Shown in pieces: positions 1 to 13,799 of a stretch of DNA of 64,000 nt. Both the position numbers and the translations under genes were made by a program. The notes beneath the pieces are model-generated. The model saw only the letters and a program-made list of their open reading frames with translations. It searched no databases and was not told where the DNA came from. Source of the DNA: Paramecium tetraurelia (taxonomy: Eukaryota); assembly GCA_000165425.1 (NCBI GenBank), contig CT868541.1, forward strand, positions 350,096-414,095. Direction: 5' to 3'. Positions within the stretch are counted from its first letter, which is position 1, and each line of letters begins with the position of its first letter.

Positions 1-3000
1 TTAAGCATCTGCCTCAACATCTATTTCCTCTTCCACCCATTAAGCTTAGGAGATTACACTAGTTGGTAATCTGGGCTATTGAGATTTTATATTTTTGATA
101 GCTTTAAGATTTTTGAGTACTCTGGCCATAACACCAGAGTCCTAGTCAACAGCATAGTCTAAAGCAGTTTTCCCTTTGTCATCAACTAGATTGACATCAA
201 ATATGCTTGCCAACAGTTCTAACATCTCTGTATTTTCATAGGAACCAAATTCTAATGGCTATACAACATGATGGATGGGTGATCTTTTATTTGAATCTTG
301 AAAGTGCGCTTCCTTTTTAAATTTAGGATGATGGAGAATGAAGTTAACCAATTTCAAAGAGTTATTTTTAATTGCCAGGATTAAGGAGGTTTCTCCTTTT
401 TCAGTCTTCTCATTTATGTCACATCCAGCATCAACAAATTTAGATAGAATGATTTCATCTTCTACATGATATTCCTATATTAAGTATAACAAAGGAGTCA
501 GACAATAATTTTTCTTATTTATTTTAAATTTCACATTAAAATTAGCATTGTTGCTTGCCCATAACCCTAATTCTAGAGGATCTGCAAATACCCTATAATT
601 ATTTTGTAGTCTTATTGAAAAGGGAGTATTTTACTCAGAGTTAAAAGCATTAGGATTACCTTTTCTATCTAAGAAATATTTAATCATTTTATTAAACGAA
701 TATGTGCATGCATAATGCAAAGGAGTATTCATTTGATAATCGTTTGCAATCCTATCAACTCCTCTTCTAGATAATTCTTCTGCAATTAAAATTGCCATAT
801 CTTCATTACAATTTCTCCCTTTGATTGCAAATATGTGGAATAAGTTTTAATTATTTTGATTATACTTTTTAATAACTTCATCATCTTTGACTTTCAAGAG
901 CAAAGTTCTGACTAATTTAAATTAATCTTCCATCATTGCATCCTCTATGGCTCTTTAGAGATCATATCCATCGCTTATCAATAAGTATGCAACCCCTTAC
1001 CATCCTTGTTTAATGGCTAATTTGAAATAAGAATAAGTTCCAGGAAGAAACTTAGATGGTTAAGGCGATTAATTATTCTATCCAAATGCACTCCTGGTAG
1101 ATACCCTCCTAACAGCCTTTGCAACTTTGTTACCAAAAAATATTGAGTTCCCTTTTTGATTATATTCATCTTCATCATCTACTTGATTCGAATCCAATTC
1201 GTCTTCAGTTTGAATTTCCTCTCCTTTTTCTCTTCTCTGTTACCTCTAAGCTTTCTCTTCTTTTTTGATCTTCTCTATATCAATCACAATTGCATTGCGA
1301 TTCACGTTTGCCTTGTTATCGATAAGCATTGTACAGAAGTTAGAATGACCACTCATGAATGCCAGACCCAAGGGAGTGTTGCCATATTTATCAATGTCAT
1401 CCACGACAGCATTCATTTTAATCATATACCTACCAGATATAACACTACCTCTTAAGGCAGCATAATGGAGTGGAGATCGATTGTAAATATCTAAACAATT
1501 TACAGAGCAATTCTTATCTGCTAATATGGAAGAGACAGTCTCGAAAGGGTCGATTTCAGAGAAGTCATTCAATTTATTAATTTTTGTGAAAGCATAAAAA
1601 AGAGGAGTCCTGTTTAAATAATCTTTGAGACTGGTATTAGCACCATTCATAATTAATAGATGTTCCATTTCAAAACTAGCATCTGCTTAAGAATTCGAAG
1701 TGTTGATGGCATGATGCAACGCAGTCCGATTATGTTTATCTCTAAAATTTGGATCAGCCTTATATTGAGTCAAAAACAATTCAACAACTTTAATATTGTT
1801 TTCTTTAACCCACTTCTAAAGAGGGACTTCATTAAGTTTGTTTAGGTTATCAATGGAACCCCCCAATTTTAATAAGGTATCAATAAACCATTTCAAGTCT
1901 TCATAGAAACGAAATGCGATTATACTAGTAGGTGTATTCCAATTGAAATCCTTAACCTTGATATCGATATTCTTGATACAATATTTTAAGAATTTTCCAC
2001 TATTCTCTTATTCCCTACCACATATAGAATGCAAATTGCAAGTGCCAGCCAATAAGTGAATTGGGTATATGTTATTGTGCGTTGCTTCTTTCAATGAAAA
2101 ATTGCAAATCTTTTATAGCCCTTCCAGAAAAGACACACTATGGAATGACTTAAATATAAAGTGAGCTATGGTGTAATTACCTTCACTTATATAAGGATCC
2201 TCTTTCTTATCTTACTCAGATTGGTCTGGCTGTCTAAATTTCTTCCTCTTTATGATGACACTATCAGGTTAAGCCCCAAAATTAATTAATTACTAAAATA
2301 ATTTTAGAACTGCATCTTATAATAAGAATGAATCTTAGAGAGCTTCCTACTTCATTGTATTCACTTATTCCTTATTCAAATTTACAATAATGGGTTTGTT
2401 TTTATAATAAAATGTTACTTGATGATAGGCATCCTAATCAACTCCATTTGAAAATCCAAATTATTATAATTAATTCTGTTATTTCTGAAACATATTTGTT
2501 GATGACCTAAGACGTGTTTTGATTCCATTGTATTATTTGATTTATGCTGTATTTGGTATAATTGATGGATTTTTAAATGCAGCCTTCTTACTTCTATAAT
2601 GAAGTTCTTCTTCTTCATCATCTTCATCCTCCTCTTAACTTCGATGCAAGTCACTAGCTTCGTCATCGACTACTACTTTACTTAAATCTCTATCTTCGTC
2701 TTCATCATCATTATTTTTCTGTTCCTCATTGATGTTATCTTTGTCTGGAGGCAACTCTGACACCTTCTACTCAAACAACTATACTTATAACAGCTTAATC
2801 TTCTTTTTTAAAATCCTATCATGTTATTGTTCAGCTGACTTTGTATATTCAGAGATCAAATATAATAAGGGATTCCAACCATTCTCATCGTATTAATTGA
2901 TATATGATTAATCAACTGTTGCTATTATATTTTCTAATATACTATTTCCTTTTGGAGTCAAAAATAATTTACATTCAATCAACTTATGCAAAATGTTTCT

Positions 3001-5990
3001 GTCTTTCGTATCAACATAATCAAAAGTAGGAGTAGCCAATTTCATCAATTGCTCTGCTGTTTTGAAATTCTAGCTCATTAATGCTTATACAAATGGAGTC
3101 TAACCATTTGCATCTGGAATGTTAACATCTGAACCAGCATTGATTAATAATTCGATTAATCTTTCTAATAGATTCTCATAATTATTTTTAATATCTCTCC
3201 TTTCAGCTTTCATCATCTCATTCCATTTTAAGTAGTATTACTTAACATTTTTCCTTGAGATCTACACAGCATAATGAAGTGGAGTTTTATCCTATAAATC
3301 AGCTATTTTGACATTCGCATTTTTCTCAAGAATCAAATATTTCATATATTCAAAAGAGTCCGCTGTGAATCTACTTAAACTAGAAGAAATTAATGTTCTC
3401 CCCTCATCATCCTTGCAATTCACATCTGTGCTTGGATAATTTAACAGAGTTTTAACTACGCCCAAATGATTTTTTTATAACGCAACTGATAATGGAGTCA
3501 ATTTCCATGAATTAGGCAAATTCTAATCTGCTCCAGCCTTCATCAATTCTTCAATGCATTCAGGAAATCCATAAGCAGCAGCATAATGAAGAGGAGTATT
3601 CTTTGATGAATCAGGCATGTTGTATTCAGCTCCATGATAGAGTAGAAGAGATAAAATCTTAACATTACCATTTCTAGCTGCCATAACACAAGCTGATCTC
3701 CCAAATTTGTCCTTGCTAATCACTTTAGCTCCTTAGTCAATCAAGTACTTAACTAGGTCATAGTGACCATAGGCACTGGCAATTATTAAAGGAGTCATTC
3801 TATATTAACCAGGCTAATTAATCTATGCTCCAAACTACAAAAGTGCTTTGACTGTTTCGACGTGACCTCCAAAACAAGCTAAATGGATTGCTGCATTTCC
3901 TTCTCTATTCTTACCACCAACATTATTAGATGCTAAGAGTTCAATATTATGTGTTCTTCCATACTAAGAAGCAAGCATCAGAGGAGTATTCTTTAAACGA
4001 TCTCCTTCTCTAGCATCAATTCCATTTTCCAATAAAAACTTTAAACAATCACTTGTTTATGAAACAGCTGCATAATGAACAGGTTTTCTGTGAATTTCAT
4101 CTAAAATATTAAATTCTTATGAAATTTCAACTAATTTTTTTAAGCAAGCATGATTAGGATTGATGGCTGCACAATGAACAGGTGTTATCAAATACATTCC
4201 AACTGTTTTTTTAGTTGCAGATACTTTTTTGATATTCCCTATTCGACTGGCACTTGTATGGTTGAGAACATCAACATGTACTTAATTAAATCCATACATG
4301 TGGCCTTTCTCTAAAGCTTTTTAAACCAAATAACCAGCAGTTCTCCAATTACCACATCTTACGGCAAATGCAATCATCTCAAAAAATTAATATTCGTTTC
4401 CCAATTGTGCTATCATTAAACCAAAAAATTCAGGATCAGTTTCAATTTTCATTAGCCTTTCAATTTAATAACGACCAAAAGTATTATCTTAATTCAAATC
4501 ATAAACAAAAGCATTATTGCCTTCTCTTCCACCTCTACTCATAGCAACTTTTCTAGTTCTGGTTCCATAAGCATATTAGTCATTGTGACCAGTATTCACT
4601 TCTTTCAAAGAGCAATTCTGACTCACTCCTAATTTGATTTTACCCATAGATTTAATGAATGGCAAGAGCATTTCCTTGTCTTATCTTAAGAATATCAGTT
4701 CTAAAGCATTGATTTCATTTTCAGGACCCCATCTCTAGAAGAGATTACTAATCCTAAGAGAATTAGCAAATATATCTTCTAATAATTTTTTATTGCCTGT
4801 TTTAGCAGCTCGAATTAATTCTTTATTGTTCATAATAATGCTAGTGTAATCGTGGAATTTAGAATTTGGTCCTTCTAATTGGCTACTAATGTTTCTTAGC
4901 TCTCTGTAATTAGGATTAAATTTTCCTTTGATAAATTTAGTTGGTTAGGATTAAGATTTTTATTTTTTAGATGAACTAGTTTTACCTCCTTTCTTGCGTT
5001 TGCTATCAACAGAGAATGATTATGAAACAGATTATTCTTCTGCTTCTTCATCTTCATCGTCTTCCTCTTATTGGGACTGTGATCTGCCTTTTTACTTCAC
5101 TTCCTTTTTAATAAAAGAAGTATCCTAAACCTTTTAAATTACTTATGTATTCTTATTTTTTTTTTTTTTGGATACTTCAACAATCTATGATACTTCTTCA
5201 TCCTCTTCATCTTCATCTTGATCACTTTCATTATGCTTTTATTCTTTTTTAGCATTTTTTTTCTTGATTTTATCATTATTTTGATTTTTAGGACTTTCAA
5301 TTTTAGTTTTATTTAATTTTTATACAGAATCTTTTTTGGGAGGTTTGACTACTTCTTCTTCTTCTTCCTCTTCTTTTTCCTCTTCTTCTTATTCTTCTTC
5401 TTCTTCACTTTCTTCCTTTTATGCTTACTTTCGTATCTTACTTTTCACTTCCTTCTTGTCTTGTTAAATTTCCACTTGTTTCTTTTAACCCTTTTTGATG
5501 GTGTATTTTTTTGGTGGCTCTTCTTCCTCTTCTTTTTCTTCATCTTCTCCTTCATCTTCACTCTCTGAACTCACTTATTTTTTTTATGGTTTTGTGTTGG
5601 CGGGAAGTTATTTAATATTTTTAGCAATATCTTAGAGTGTGTCCTGGGGGAAAGTAAAAAAGGTAACAGCTGTCTTACTTCTTGCATTTGGTTTTGTGGA
5701 TTTTACTTCCACATCTTCGACAACTTTACTATAATAAATGAATATTTTTACGTGCGTTCTTTTACGGGCAATAAAAGTTCTTCAGCCTCTTTATAAACTA
5801 CCTTGCCATCCTTCAACTTCTCTTATTATTCAAGTTTAACAACTCGCAATTAAGACCTATGATCATTGGTTTTCATGTCCTCAACCACCTTGTACAAGAG
5901 TGGCTTGCCTTTTTCGCTCTATCCCAATATTTGATCTTTTTTGTAATGGTATGCATAATGTGGTTCTGATTTCTACCCGCGAGTTTTCAT
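1..5990 (-). CDS. Very large ankyrin-repeat protein, probably PME-5/tankyrase-like PARP family; C-terminus runs off the window start
   Basis: Continuous frame with TAR=Gln from ATG at 5990 (MKTRGQKSEPHY), with a 23-nt intron at 5729-5751. Long K/E-rich region, then many ankyrin repeats (TPLHYAAAYGFPECIEELM, SPLHYAALRGS, TPLGLAFMSGH) and motifs RKVAMSRGGRRGNNAF and GSYENTEML. The PARP assignment is inferred from remembered family motifs; no catalytic domain lies in the window. Confidence 0.8.
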
Positions 5991-6071
5991 TTTATTTATG
6001 TAAATTGAATTTAAAATAAATCTGATAAAATAAGCATTATTTCTGCTAAAAGGAATAAATAAATAAATATA

Positions 6072-7141
6072 TCAATTGATCTTTTCTAAGCTAATACATT
6101 CTATCTAATTCCTCAATTCCTTCACATCCTCTTACACAATATCGAAATTTGGATGATGGTGATGAGCATACTCAAAATTGATAGGACTGTAGTCCATAAG
6201 TATTCTTCTCTGGTGGAAGGGAGAAATATCTTGGGAATGAATGCCTTCGAATTGTTTTGAATCAAAAGAATCCAATCCTTAAATTAAGTTAATTGAAGGC
6301 TGAATTCTATTTGAAGGAGTCCGATTCTGGATATTCATAAATGAATCATTCCTCATCGAATCATTCTTAGTATTGTCATGTTCCTCCTTGATTGATTAAA
6401 TAGTCTCTAAAGGTTGATAAATTGGAATTGGTTGTGGAATTTTAGGTTATTCAGAAAACGAAGAATCCCCATCATCGTCATCATCATCCGATCTCTCTTC
6501 CAACATGTGCACTCTCTTAATAAACGAATAAAATCTATTCTTCACTTAATTTTCCTATATTATAACAACTTTATTACTGGTCTTCTATCCAACATCTTTG
6601 CAATCTCACTCCATTTTGGTCCATATATCCGATACTATTCTAAAATTATTTTATCTTCCAAAGGCGTGAATTTTTAATGATTGATCTCCGGATCCAAATT
6701 ATTTAAAAATCGTTCTCTGATCTATTTACTCGATCTGCCTTCCATGAATCCTTCAATAACTTTCCAATTCCGACCATATTATTGAACAAACAGAATCACA
6801 CGTTTGTCCTCTTCATCACTCCACTACTTGCGTAATTTAGTCTAGACATATATCATCTTTCAAATTCTACCTTATTTGGATTAATGCGTTTCCACCTTTG
6901 TTAACATTGACTTAAGTTCCTCCCAGGGATTTCCTCTGCTATTAAACGCCAGTTGCCATTATATTTAGAGTGCAATTCAATCAAAAGAGCATCCTCATTG
7001 GGTTTCCAAAATTTTCCATACCTTCTTTCTGAAGAACTTGAATCTGAATCCTTACTATGTTTCCTAATCTACTTATTTACAGTGGGGGACCTATTTAAAT
7101 GAAGAATTTGAATACTTGGAGTTTACCCTTTGTCTACTCAT
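6072..7141 (-). CDS. R1R2R3-type Myb transcription factor
   Basis: Three Myb repeats: WKPNEDALLIELHSKYNGNWRLIAEEIPGRNLSQCQQRW, WSDEEDKRVILFVQQYGRNWKVIEGFMEGRSSKQIRERFLNNLDP and FTPLEDKIILEQYRIYGPKWSEIAKMLDRRP-ENQVKNRFY. Tiny introns; ends ISLEKIN-TGA. Confidence 0.9.
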
Positions 7142-7503
7142 ATTTTTTATTAAAATAAATGACCCTCAACAAAAATGAATTTCGAATTAAATCTTTGTAT
7201 ATAACATTAATCTGAATAATATCACTAAACTTGCGGGGTTAAACATTTCTACATTCATACAAACAATCAATACTTATAATTTCAATGAAATATAGGGTAC
7301 AATTGAGAACAAGCAATGGAACAAAAGAGAGAACAAACTCAAGCTTGATTTAGTTATGACTCAGGAAGGTAATAATGGAAAAGTTAGTTACAAGTATAAT
7401 TTTACTTAGATTTATAAATTAGGAATTACATTTTAATAATAATGTGAATAAAGAATTTGATTTAGCTTATAATTTTTTTATATAAATTTAATTATTGAAT
7501 AGG

Positions 7504-7868
7504 ATGTCTAGAGTATAAAAAGACAGATTGCTCAAATTAGGATTGAAGGAGAAAAAGCTAATTCGTTTATTATATCACAAGGATCTAAGTGAGGAGGATA
7601 CCATATTCTTAAACACAATATATGAAGAAAAGTAAGAGCAATTCTAAATATATTGAGACAATATTTGCACTTTACGTATGCGCTTGCACTGCCCTGCATG
7701 ATATCATTAAGCACCAATTACGCATTGTTTAGATAGAACTCCAAATGGATGTAGGTGGGTTATGTGGCAGTAATTGGATTATCGATGCATTTGTACTGCA
7801 ATTCGAAAGTCAACAATCGATTTTATAATTTAACCCAGCCTTTTTTCAAGAAATATGAAATAAATTGA
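7504..7868 (+). CDS. Small hypothetical membrane protein (about 110 aa, two hydrophobic segments)
   Basis: MSRVQKDRLLKLGLKEKKLIRLLYHKDLSEEDTIFLNTIYEE, 26-nt intron 7632-7657, then KQYLHFTYALALPCMISLSTNYALFRQNSKWMQVGYVAVIGLSMHLYCNSKVNNRFYNLTQPFFKKYEIN-TGA. Confidence 0.55.
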
Positions 7869-7935
7869 GTTAGCTTATAATCTTGTAGTTTATAATAAAT
7901 AATATTAATGACTAAAAATACAAAAATATTGATCA

Positions 7936-9614
7936 TCAAATTTTGATTGCTTATTCTTTTTTTCTTTATGTGACTCCATTTGAAAAGAAATTGAGTAAAT
8001 TTTTACATGAACATTAAACAAATCTATCTCTTTTAGGAGAGAGCAATTCATCTTCAATTTAGGAATTCTTGTTTGAATTGGTCATAACTGATTTAATAGT
8101 GGATGCTTGATTTTGTGCTGCAAATCGCTCGAATGTAGTTTGACCTAGAAAAATGTTTTAGAGTTAAGTCACAAGGAGGACGGAAATTCCAGTTACAAAG
8201 ATAAGTTCAATGAAGATATTCAAAATTAAGATTGTCCAAAATATGAAGGGTTCATCAAAGAACTCTAATTCACTCTGGTTTCCAATGAAACACTGTCGGA
8301 TTGTATTGATTAGAGCATATATGAGTGAAGTATCCAAAGAAACTAAAAAAGTAATAAAAATCAAATGATTTTCTGCGCCAACCTAGTATATATTGGATGT
8401 TTTACGCAATTATTGATCCAAGGACAATGATGGTCGTAAACTAAAACACATCGTTGACAAATGTCGCAATGCTTACTTCTTGGCAACTTCACTACATTGC
8501 ACATAGGACACACATCTTAATGATCATATGTTGTTATCAAGGTGTATAGTGGTTCCTTTCTTCGGATTTAATAGCCAGGATTAGAACAAACGATGAAAAT
8601 AAAGAATAGCAAAGTAAGTCCAAATAGCACGTAATCGGAGATTAAGGGTATGAAATCATCGACCACATACAAAAAATAAGAGAGCAAAAGAAAAATCATG
8701 AATCCTCCGAATCTCATTAATTCTATCCCATTTTTTCTTACTCTCTTGATTCCTTGCTTCAAATTGAAGTATGTGATCAGAAACCCACGCTCCTTAGTCA
8801 GCATATTGTATATATTCTTGAAGTCATTCTCCTATGCTAAATCAGCTGGTGTTTTATCTTAATTCCCTTTAATTTTTTTATCAGCTCCGTAAATTAGCAA
8901 CTTTTTAACTAGTTTGGTATTTCCACTTTAAACGGCCAAATGCAAAGGCGTAAGCTAATGAGAATCAAGAGAGTTTAATGGATAATATGGTTTTTTTTTT
9001 TCTATCAATGGCAACAAATAATTCACAGAGTGCTCTTAACCATAAAAGCATGCCCAATGCAATGCAGAACCTCCATTGAGATCTAAATCAGTCAATTTAA
9101 TCCCATTTACAAGTGCAAATACAATACTATTAGGCTGGTCACCTTATGCAGCTATGTGCATAATATTCAAACCTTATTTATTTGTAGCTTTTAGGTTGGC
9201 TCCTTTTAATTTCAAAAGAGTCAAAATTTGCACATTCCCTCGGAATGCTGCGAAATGCACAGCTGTAAATCCATCATTAGTTGTAGAATTGATAAAATTC
9301 TCCATATTCTGTAGACTTCTCTCTCTCCTGTCCTAATGGTTGATTATCAATTCACACATTTGATAACTGTTATTGAAACAAGCGTAATGAAGAGAAGTGA
9401 ACCTTTTAGAATTCTGGAGAGCAGATAAATCAAATAGTCCAGATCTTAACAAATTGGAAAATTGTTCAAGATCATTGGATTGAGCAAAACACAGCAAACG
9501 CATCTCTGGAGAAGAATGATCTATGGGTTAAATATTTGACCCAATAATTGGATTCGATGGAATTAGATTATTCTCCTCTGTATATATTGTCGAATTTGAT
9601 GGACTTAATTGCAT
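7936..9614 (-). CDS. Ankyrin-repeat DHHC palmitoyltransferase (Akr1/ZDHHC17-like)
   Basis: N-terminal ankyrin repeats ([29 protein letters not shown]), TM segments, and a Cys-rich domain [41 protein letters not shown]. Confidence 0.93.
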
Positions 9615-9639
9615 TATTTATTAATATACTAAATATATG

Positions 9640-10228
9640 TCACTTCTTCTTGCCCTTTTTTCCTCCAGCAGCTCCCTTATCGGCAGCACCACCAGCAGGA
9701 GCAGCAGCCGCAGCAGCTGCAGCCTTGGCAGCTTGTTATTTTTTGATTGCTTCTAAGTTGGCTTTAATCTTAAAAATCAAATTAAAAAATTACTGTTGCC
9801 TCATCCATTCTAAAGGTTTGGTGACAAGTTCCACAGTAATGTCTGTCGAAGTGTTTAGCCATGTACACACCTTATGGACATTAAGGACATTATTTGTGTG
9901 ATCTCTAAACTACTCCTTTGTTGTCGACATTGTACAATTTAAGAGTAGCCAACTTAACCTTTCGGTGTCTATGCTTCTTCTTCTTGGGCTTAGCGAAATT
10001 CTTCTTCTTCTTCTTCTTTTTCTTTCCTCCTTCTGCATCAACTGTGACATAATAGATTCTGTCTCCAGCTAAAATCGATGATGCATTCACTAATTCACCA
10101 CTTTAAACCAATTGAACTTCACATGCTAATTCGGAGTTCAAAACATTCATTAATTCACTAGCAGTGCTTTAATCTGCCAAGTTATATGTTCTCACCTCTC
10201 CATTAAGGTGACCCACCTAGATGATCAT
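9640..10228 (-). CDS. RPS27A: Ubiquitin-like domain fused to 40S ribosomal protein eS31 (S27a)
   Basis: After DAEGG: [70 protein letters not shown], which is eS31 with its C4 zinc finger. One intron near 9768-9793. Ala/Lys-rich C-terminal tail. Confidence 0.93.
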
Positions 10229-10891
10229 AATACTTTTAAAAAAAAAGATTTAATTTATATCTCAAATTTTCATAACTATGCTATATATTTTAATTCAACT
10301 CATCTCTCACATTCCTACTCTAATTTAAAATTCCTCCATAACTCCCCAATCCTCTTGATCCTATTAATTGCATCTCAATAACCCTATAAATTCAATATCC
10401 AATCTTATTATTAATTAATCCATCTTCATCCTATTTTTATCACTTTAACCTTGTCAATACATTATTGAAGTGTTTCATTTTATTGATCCTAAGCATAAAC
10501 ATATGTAGAAATACAACTAACTTTTAAAATTTATAAATATTATAAAATGTATTTTAGGGACCAAATTTTATTGAAAAAATGAACATTCTAGTTTTCTAAT
10601 TATAAATGCTTATTCAAATGTTTAATGCTCAATTTCAAAAAAAATAATGAGATTTCTTAGTAGACAAGATATATCATGATGTATGAGTAGATTAGATACT
10701 AAGTGAACAGAAATCCATTTAAATTTGATTGAAAAATGATAAAATTAGGCATTTGCTTAAGAATAATTAAATTAGAATCAACGACTACTTATTTAATTAG
10801 CTTTGCTATTAACTATCAATTAAATTATTAATCAAAATTTTCCTAGAATTTCTAAGAATAATAAGATTTAATCGGCTTGCATACTTTAAAA

Positions 10892-11462
10892 TCATCTTCC
10901 CCAGCAATTCATGATTTTCCTTTAGATTGAGTGTCTAATATTTTGTAAATGCCAATTTCTAAGGTTCAACAAGGATTTCAACTTTAAACAAGCAAATAGT
11001 AATGGTTTTATTACAGAATTGTGGATTTTTAAATAAGGTATTTTTAGGAACAAAAAGGAACAAATTGATAAATCTAAATATATTAATTCATTCTGCTTTG
11101 CTTTTGAAGCGGGGCTATTTACCACCTCATATTCCAAATGCATCATCGGATAGGTTTATGTTTTCACAATAGGGGTCATTTAAAGTGAATTTGAACTCAT
11201 TAAAGAGAAGAGGCGAATACTGATCTTCGTTTATATTGTCATCCGAATATTATTGGATTTGAATTATTGGTTCTATTTGTTATTAAGTCTATATTAGGCT
11301 CCTTTAGGGATTTCTATCTTTTTCAATTACTGAGGGTTTCGATTTGGGAGTCTTCTTAACTAGTTTTTTTTGGATGGGAATCAGTTTCTTCTTTTGGGAT
11401 GATTTTGAGGCATCCTGTTGTTGGCGATAATTCTTTAACAATACAAAGGGTTCTGACAGCAT
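10892..11462 (-). CDS. Hypothetical protein
   Basis: Open frame from ATG 11462 (MLSEPFVLLKNYRQQQDASK) joining two track ORFs once TAR=Gln. The 3' end and any introns are uncertain. Confidence 0.45.
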
Positions 11463-11494
11463 AATTATTATTTTAATAACTGTATATAAAAAAA

Positions 11495-13799
11495 ATGAAG
11501 CAAGATAAAGAAATGCCATTTAATGGGGATTTCGAAGATAGTGAAGCAGATGAGGATGACGTTTCTTAGGAGTCTGAAAGCGAAGAAGAACAGATATAAG
11601 TAAAAAAGAAGAAGAAGAAAGTCGTAAATTCTAGCAAGAAGTTAATAATGAATGTTTCAGGTATTCACGACATAATTAAATAGACACTTAGTATCCTGTA
11701 GTTAAATTTGTTGGAAAAATGATTTATAAGTTCAAATTGTCTTATGTTCCTTATCTTGAGAACAACAATTGGGACTTTTGTTGGACTGACAATGCTGTCC
11801 TGCCTGAAACACTCTCCAAAATGCAGCGTACTATTCTAATTTCTATGATAAGCTCATTAACGAATCAATCATTTTCCAGGTATGTATTCTCTGGCGAGGA
11901 AAAATCACTTGGGTCGTAATCTCAATAAAATGCAAAAATAATATCCAGATGAATATGACTTTTATCCAAGAACTTGGATGTTGCCAAGCGAATATGGTGA
12001 TTTCAAAGCTTAGTTCCAAAAGGGCAAAGCGAAAACCTTCATTGTAAAGCCTGAAGCCTCTTGCTAAGGAAAAGGTATCCAATTGATTAAATACTAAAGG
12101 GATATTTTTGACTCGCTCTATAGATTAGATTAACCCCCAAGAACATTATGTTGCGTAAAGATATATACATAAGCCATTACTGATTGATGGATTAAAGTTT
12201 GACCTAAGAATGTACGTCATGATTTGTGGGTGTGATCCCCTAAGAATCTACCTCTATAAAGAAGGGTTGGCTCGCTTTGCCACCCAATAATACTCCTCAC
12301 CTCATTCAACTAATCTTGATGATGTATGTATGCATCTGACGAATTATGCAATAAATAAAGACAACCCAAATTTTGTATTTAATGAAGACGAAAAGAAAAT
12401 GGATGTTGGACATAAAAGAAGTATGACTAGTGTTTTTGAGTTGCTAAGAATTCAAGTAAAAATAATAGCAAGTTATATAGAAATAAAATGTAGATTAATT
12501 GTTGAGTGACATCAAGGATTTAATTATTAAAACCTTTTGTGCTGTTCAACCAATTTTATAATAAAATTATACTCAAGTAGAAAATTATGCAAACAATATG
12601 TGCTTTGAAATTCTTGGTTTTGACATATTAATAGATAGCTCACTTAAACCATATTTATTGGAAGTCAATCACACACCTAGCTTTACAACTGATACTCCTC
12701 TAGATTCTTACATTAAAAAGAATCTCATACGAGATGCCATTACTTTGATGAGTATCAATGTGAAAACAAAGAATGAAATCATATCATAAAAGAAGGATCA
12801 AATGCAAAAACGAGTTCTTACTGGGAAAAAGACTAAATTATCATTTGAAGAAAAACGTGTCTTGAAGATGCAAGCGTAGAAAGAAAGAGACGAGTATGAA
12901 TGCAAGAATAAAGGAGATTTTGAATTGATATATCCATGTGATAAATCCTATGAAGAATTCTTACTCCATGCTTAGAAATTGTATGAAGACTGGACAGGAG
13001 CAAGTACAAAACATTTTTATTCACTTATTAGATATAAGAAGGAATTTGAAAAGAGACACTATTTCTGAATAGCCTAAACCTTAATCTTGTTCGCAGAAAC
13101 CAATACTTACATAAAAAAGCTAATTGTATAAGCATGTCTAAAGCAAAGTCAATACTAATTTATACCCTACTAAAAACACAAAGGCTGATTAGGAAGTCAC
13201 TTAAGAAGAGCCAGAGCAAACATTTTAGCATGCACACGAACCTATTTAATCATAGCCTCAGCTCGAGCCTGACAATTTTGTAACCTATGAGGATTATCAT
13301 CAATCAGAGTCTCTAAAAGATTTGTACAACTTTGCGGAAAAGAGAATCCCAGAAATTTAGCTTATCGATTTGATTCAATTTAGAAGAGCAGAGAGCAAAT
13401 AGGATAATTCAAGTTTCTAGATATTTCAAATGAGTCAATAGAACTCCTTATCTAACTTGTCTCCATTAATGTAGATCAAATCCATTCAAGATTCAAAGAA
13501 TGAGAAGAAGTTCTCTATAAGAAAAAAAAATAAACAGCCTAAATAGATTGATTAAGAACAAGTAAACCAAATGATGTTAATTCTAGTTGTACTTTCAACC
13601 ACAACCCCATTACCAGCCTCCTATCCAATAGCATTCAATTTCTTATTAATAGTAGGTGTAGATGCAAAATGGCTCATTTGTCAAGCCAAAGGTTTTTAGT
13701 ATAAAATTGCAGCATCCTCCAAAGGGATATAAATTGTAATCACTTCCCATTTTAATGTAATAAAATTATACAAAATAACGGTATGAGTAAGGAGTATGA
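11495..13799 (+). CDS. Tubulin polyglutamylase, TTLL6/TTLL13-like
   Basis: TTL motifs [67 protein letters not shown] and [24 protein letters not shown]. Several 23-25 nt introns. Confidence 0.95.

Noticed and set aside
9548..9901. 117-aa plus-strand Ala-rich track ORF
   Set aside because: Antisense to the eS31 tail and the DHHC gene start.
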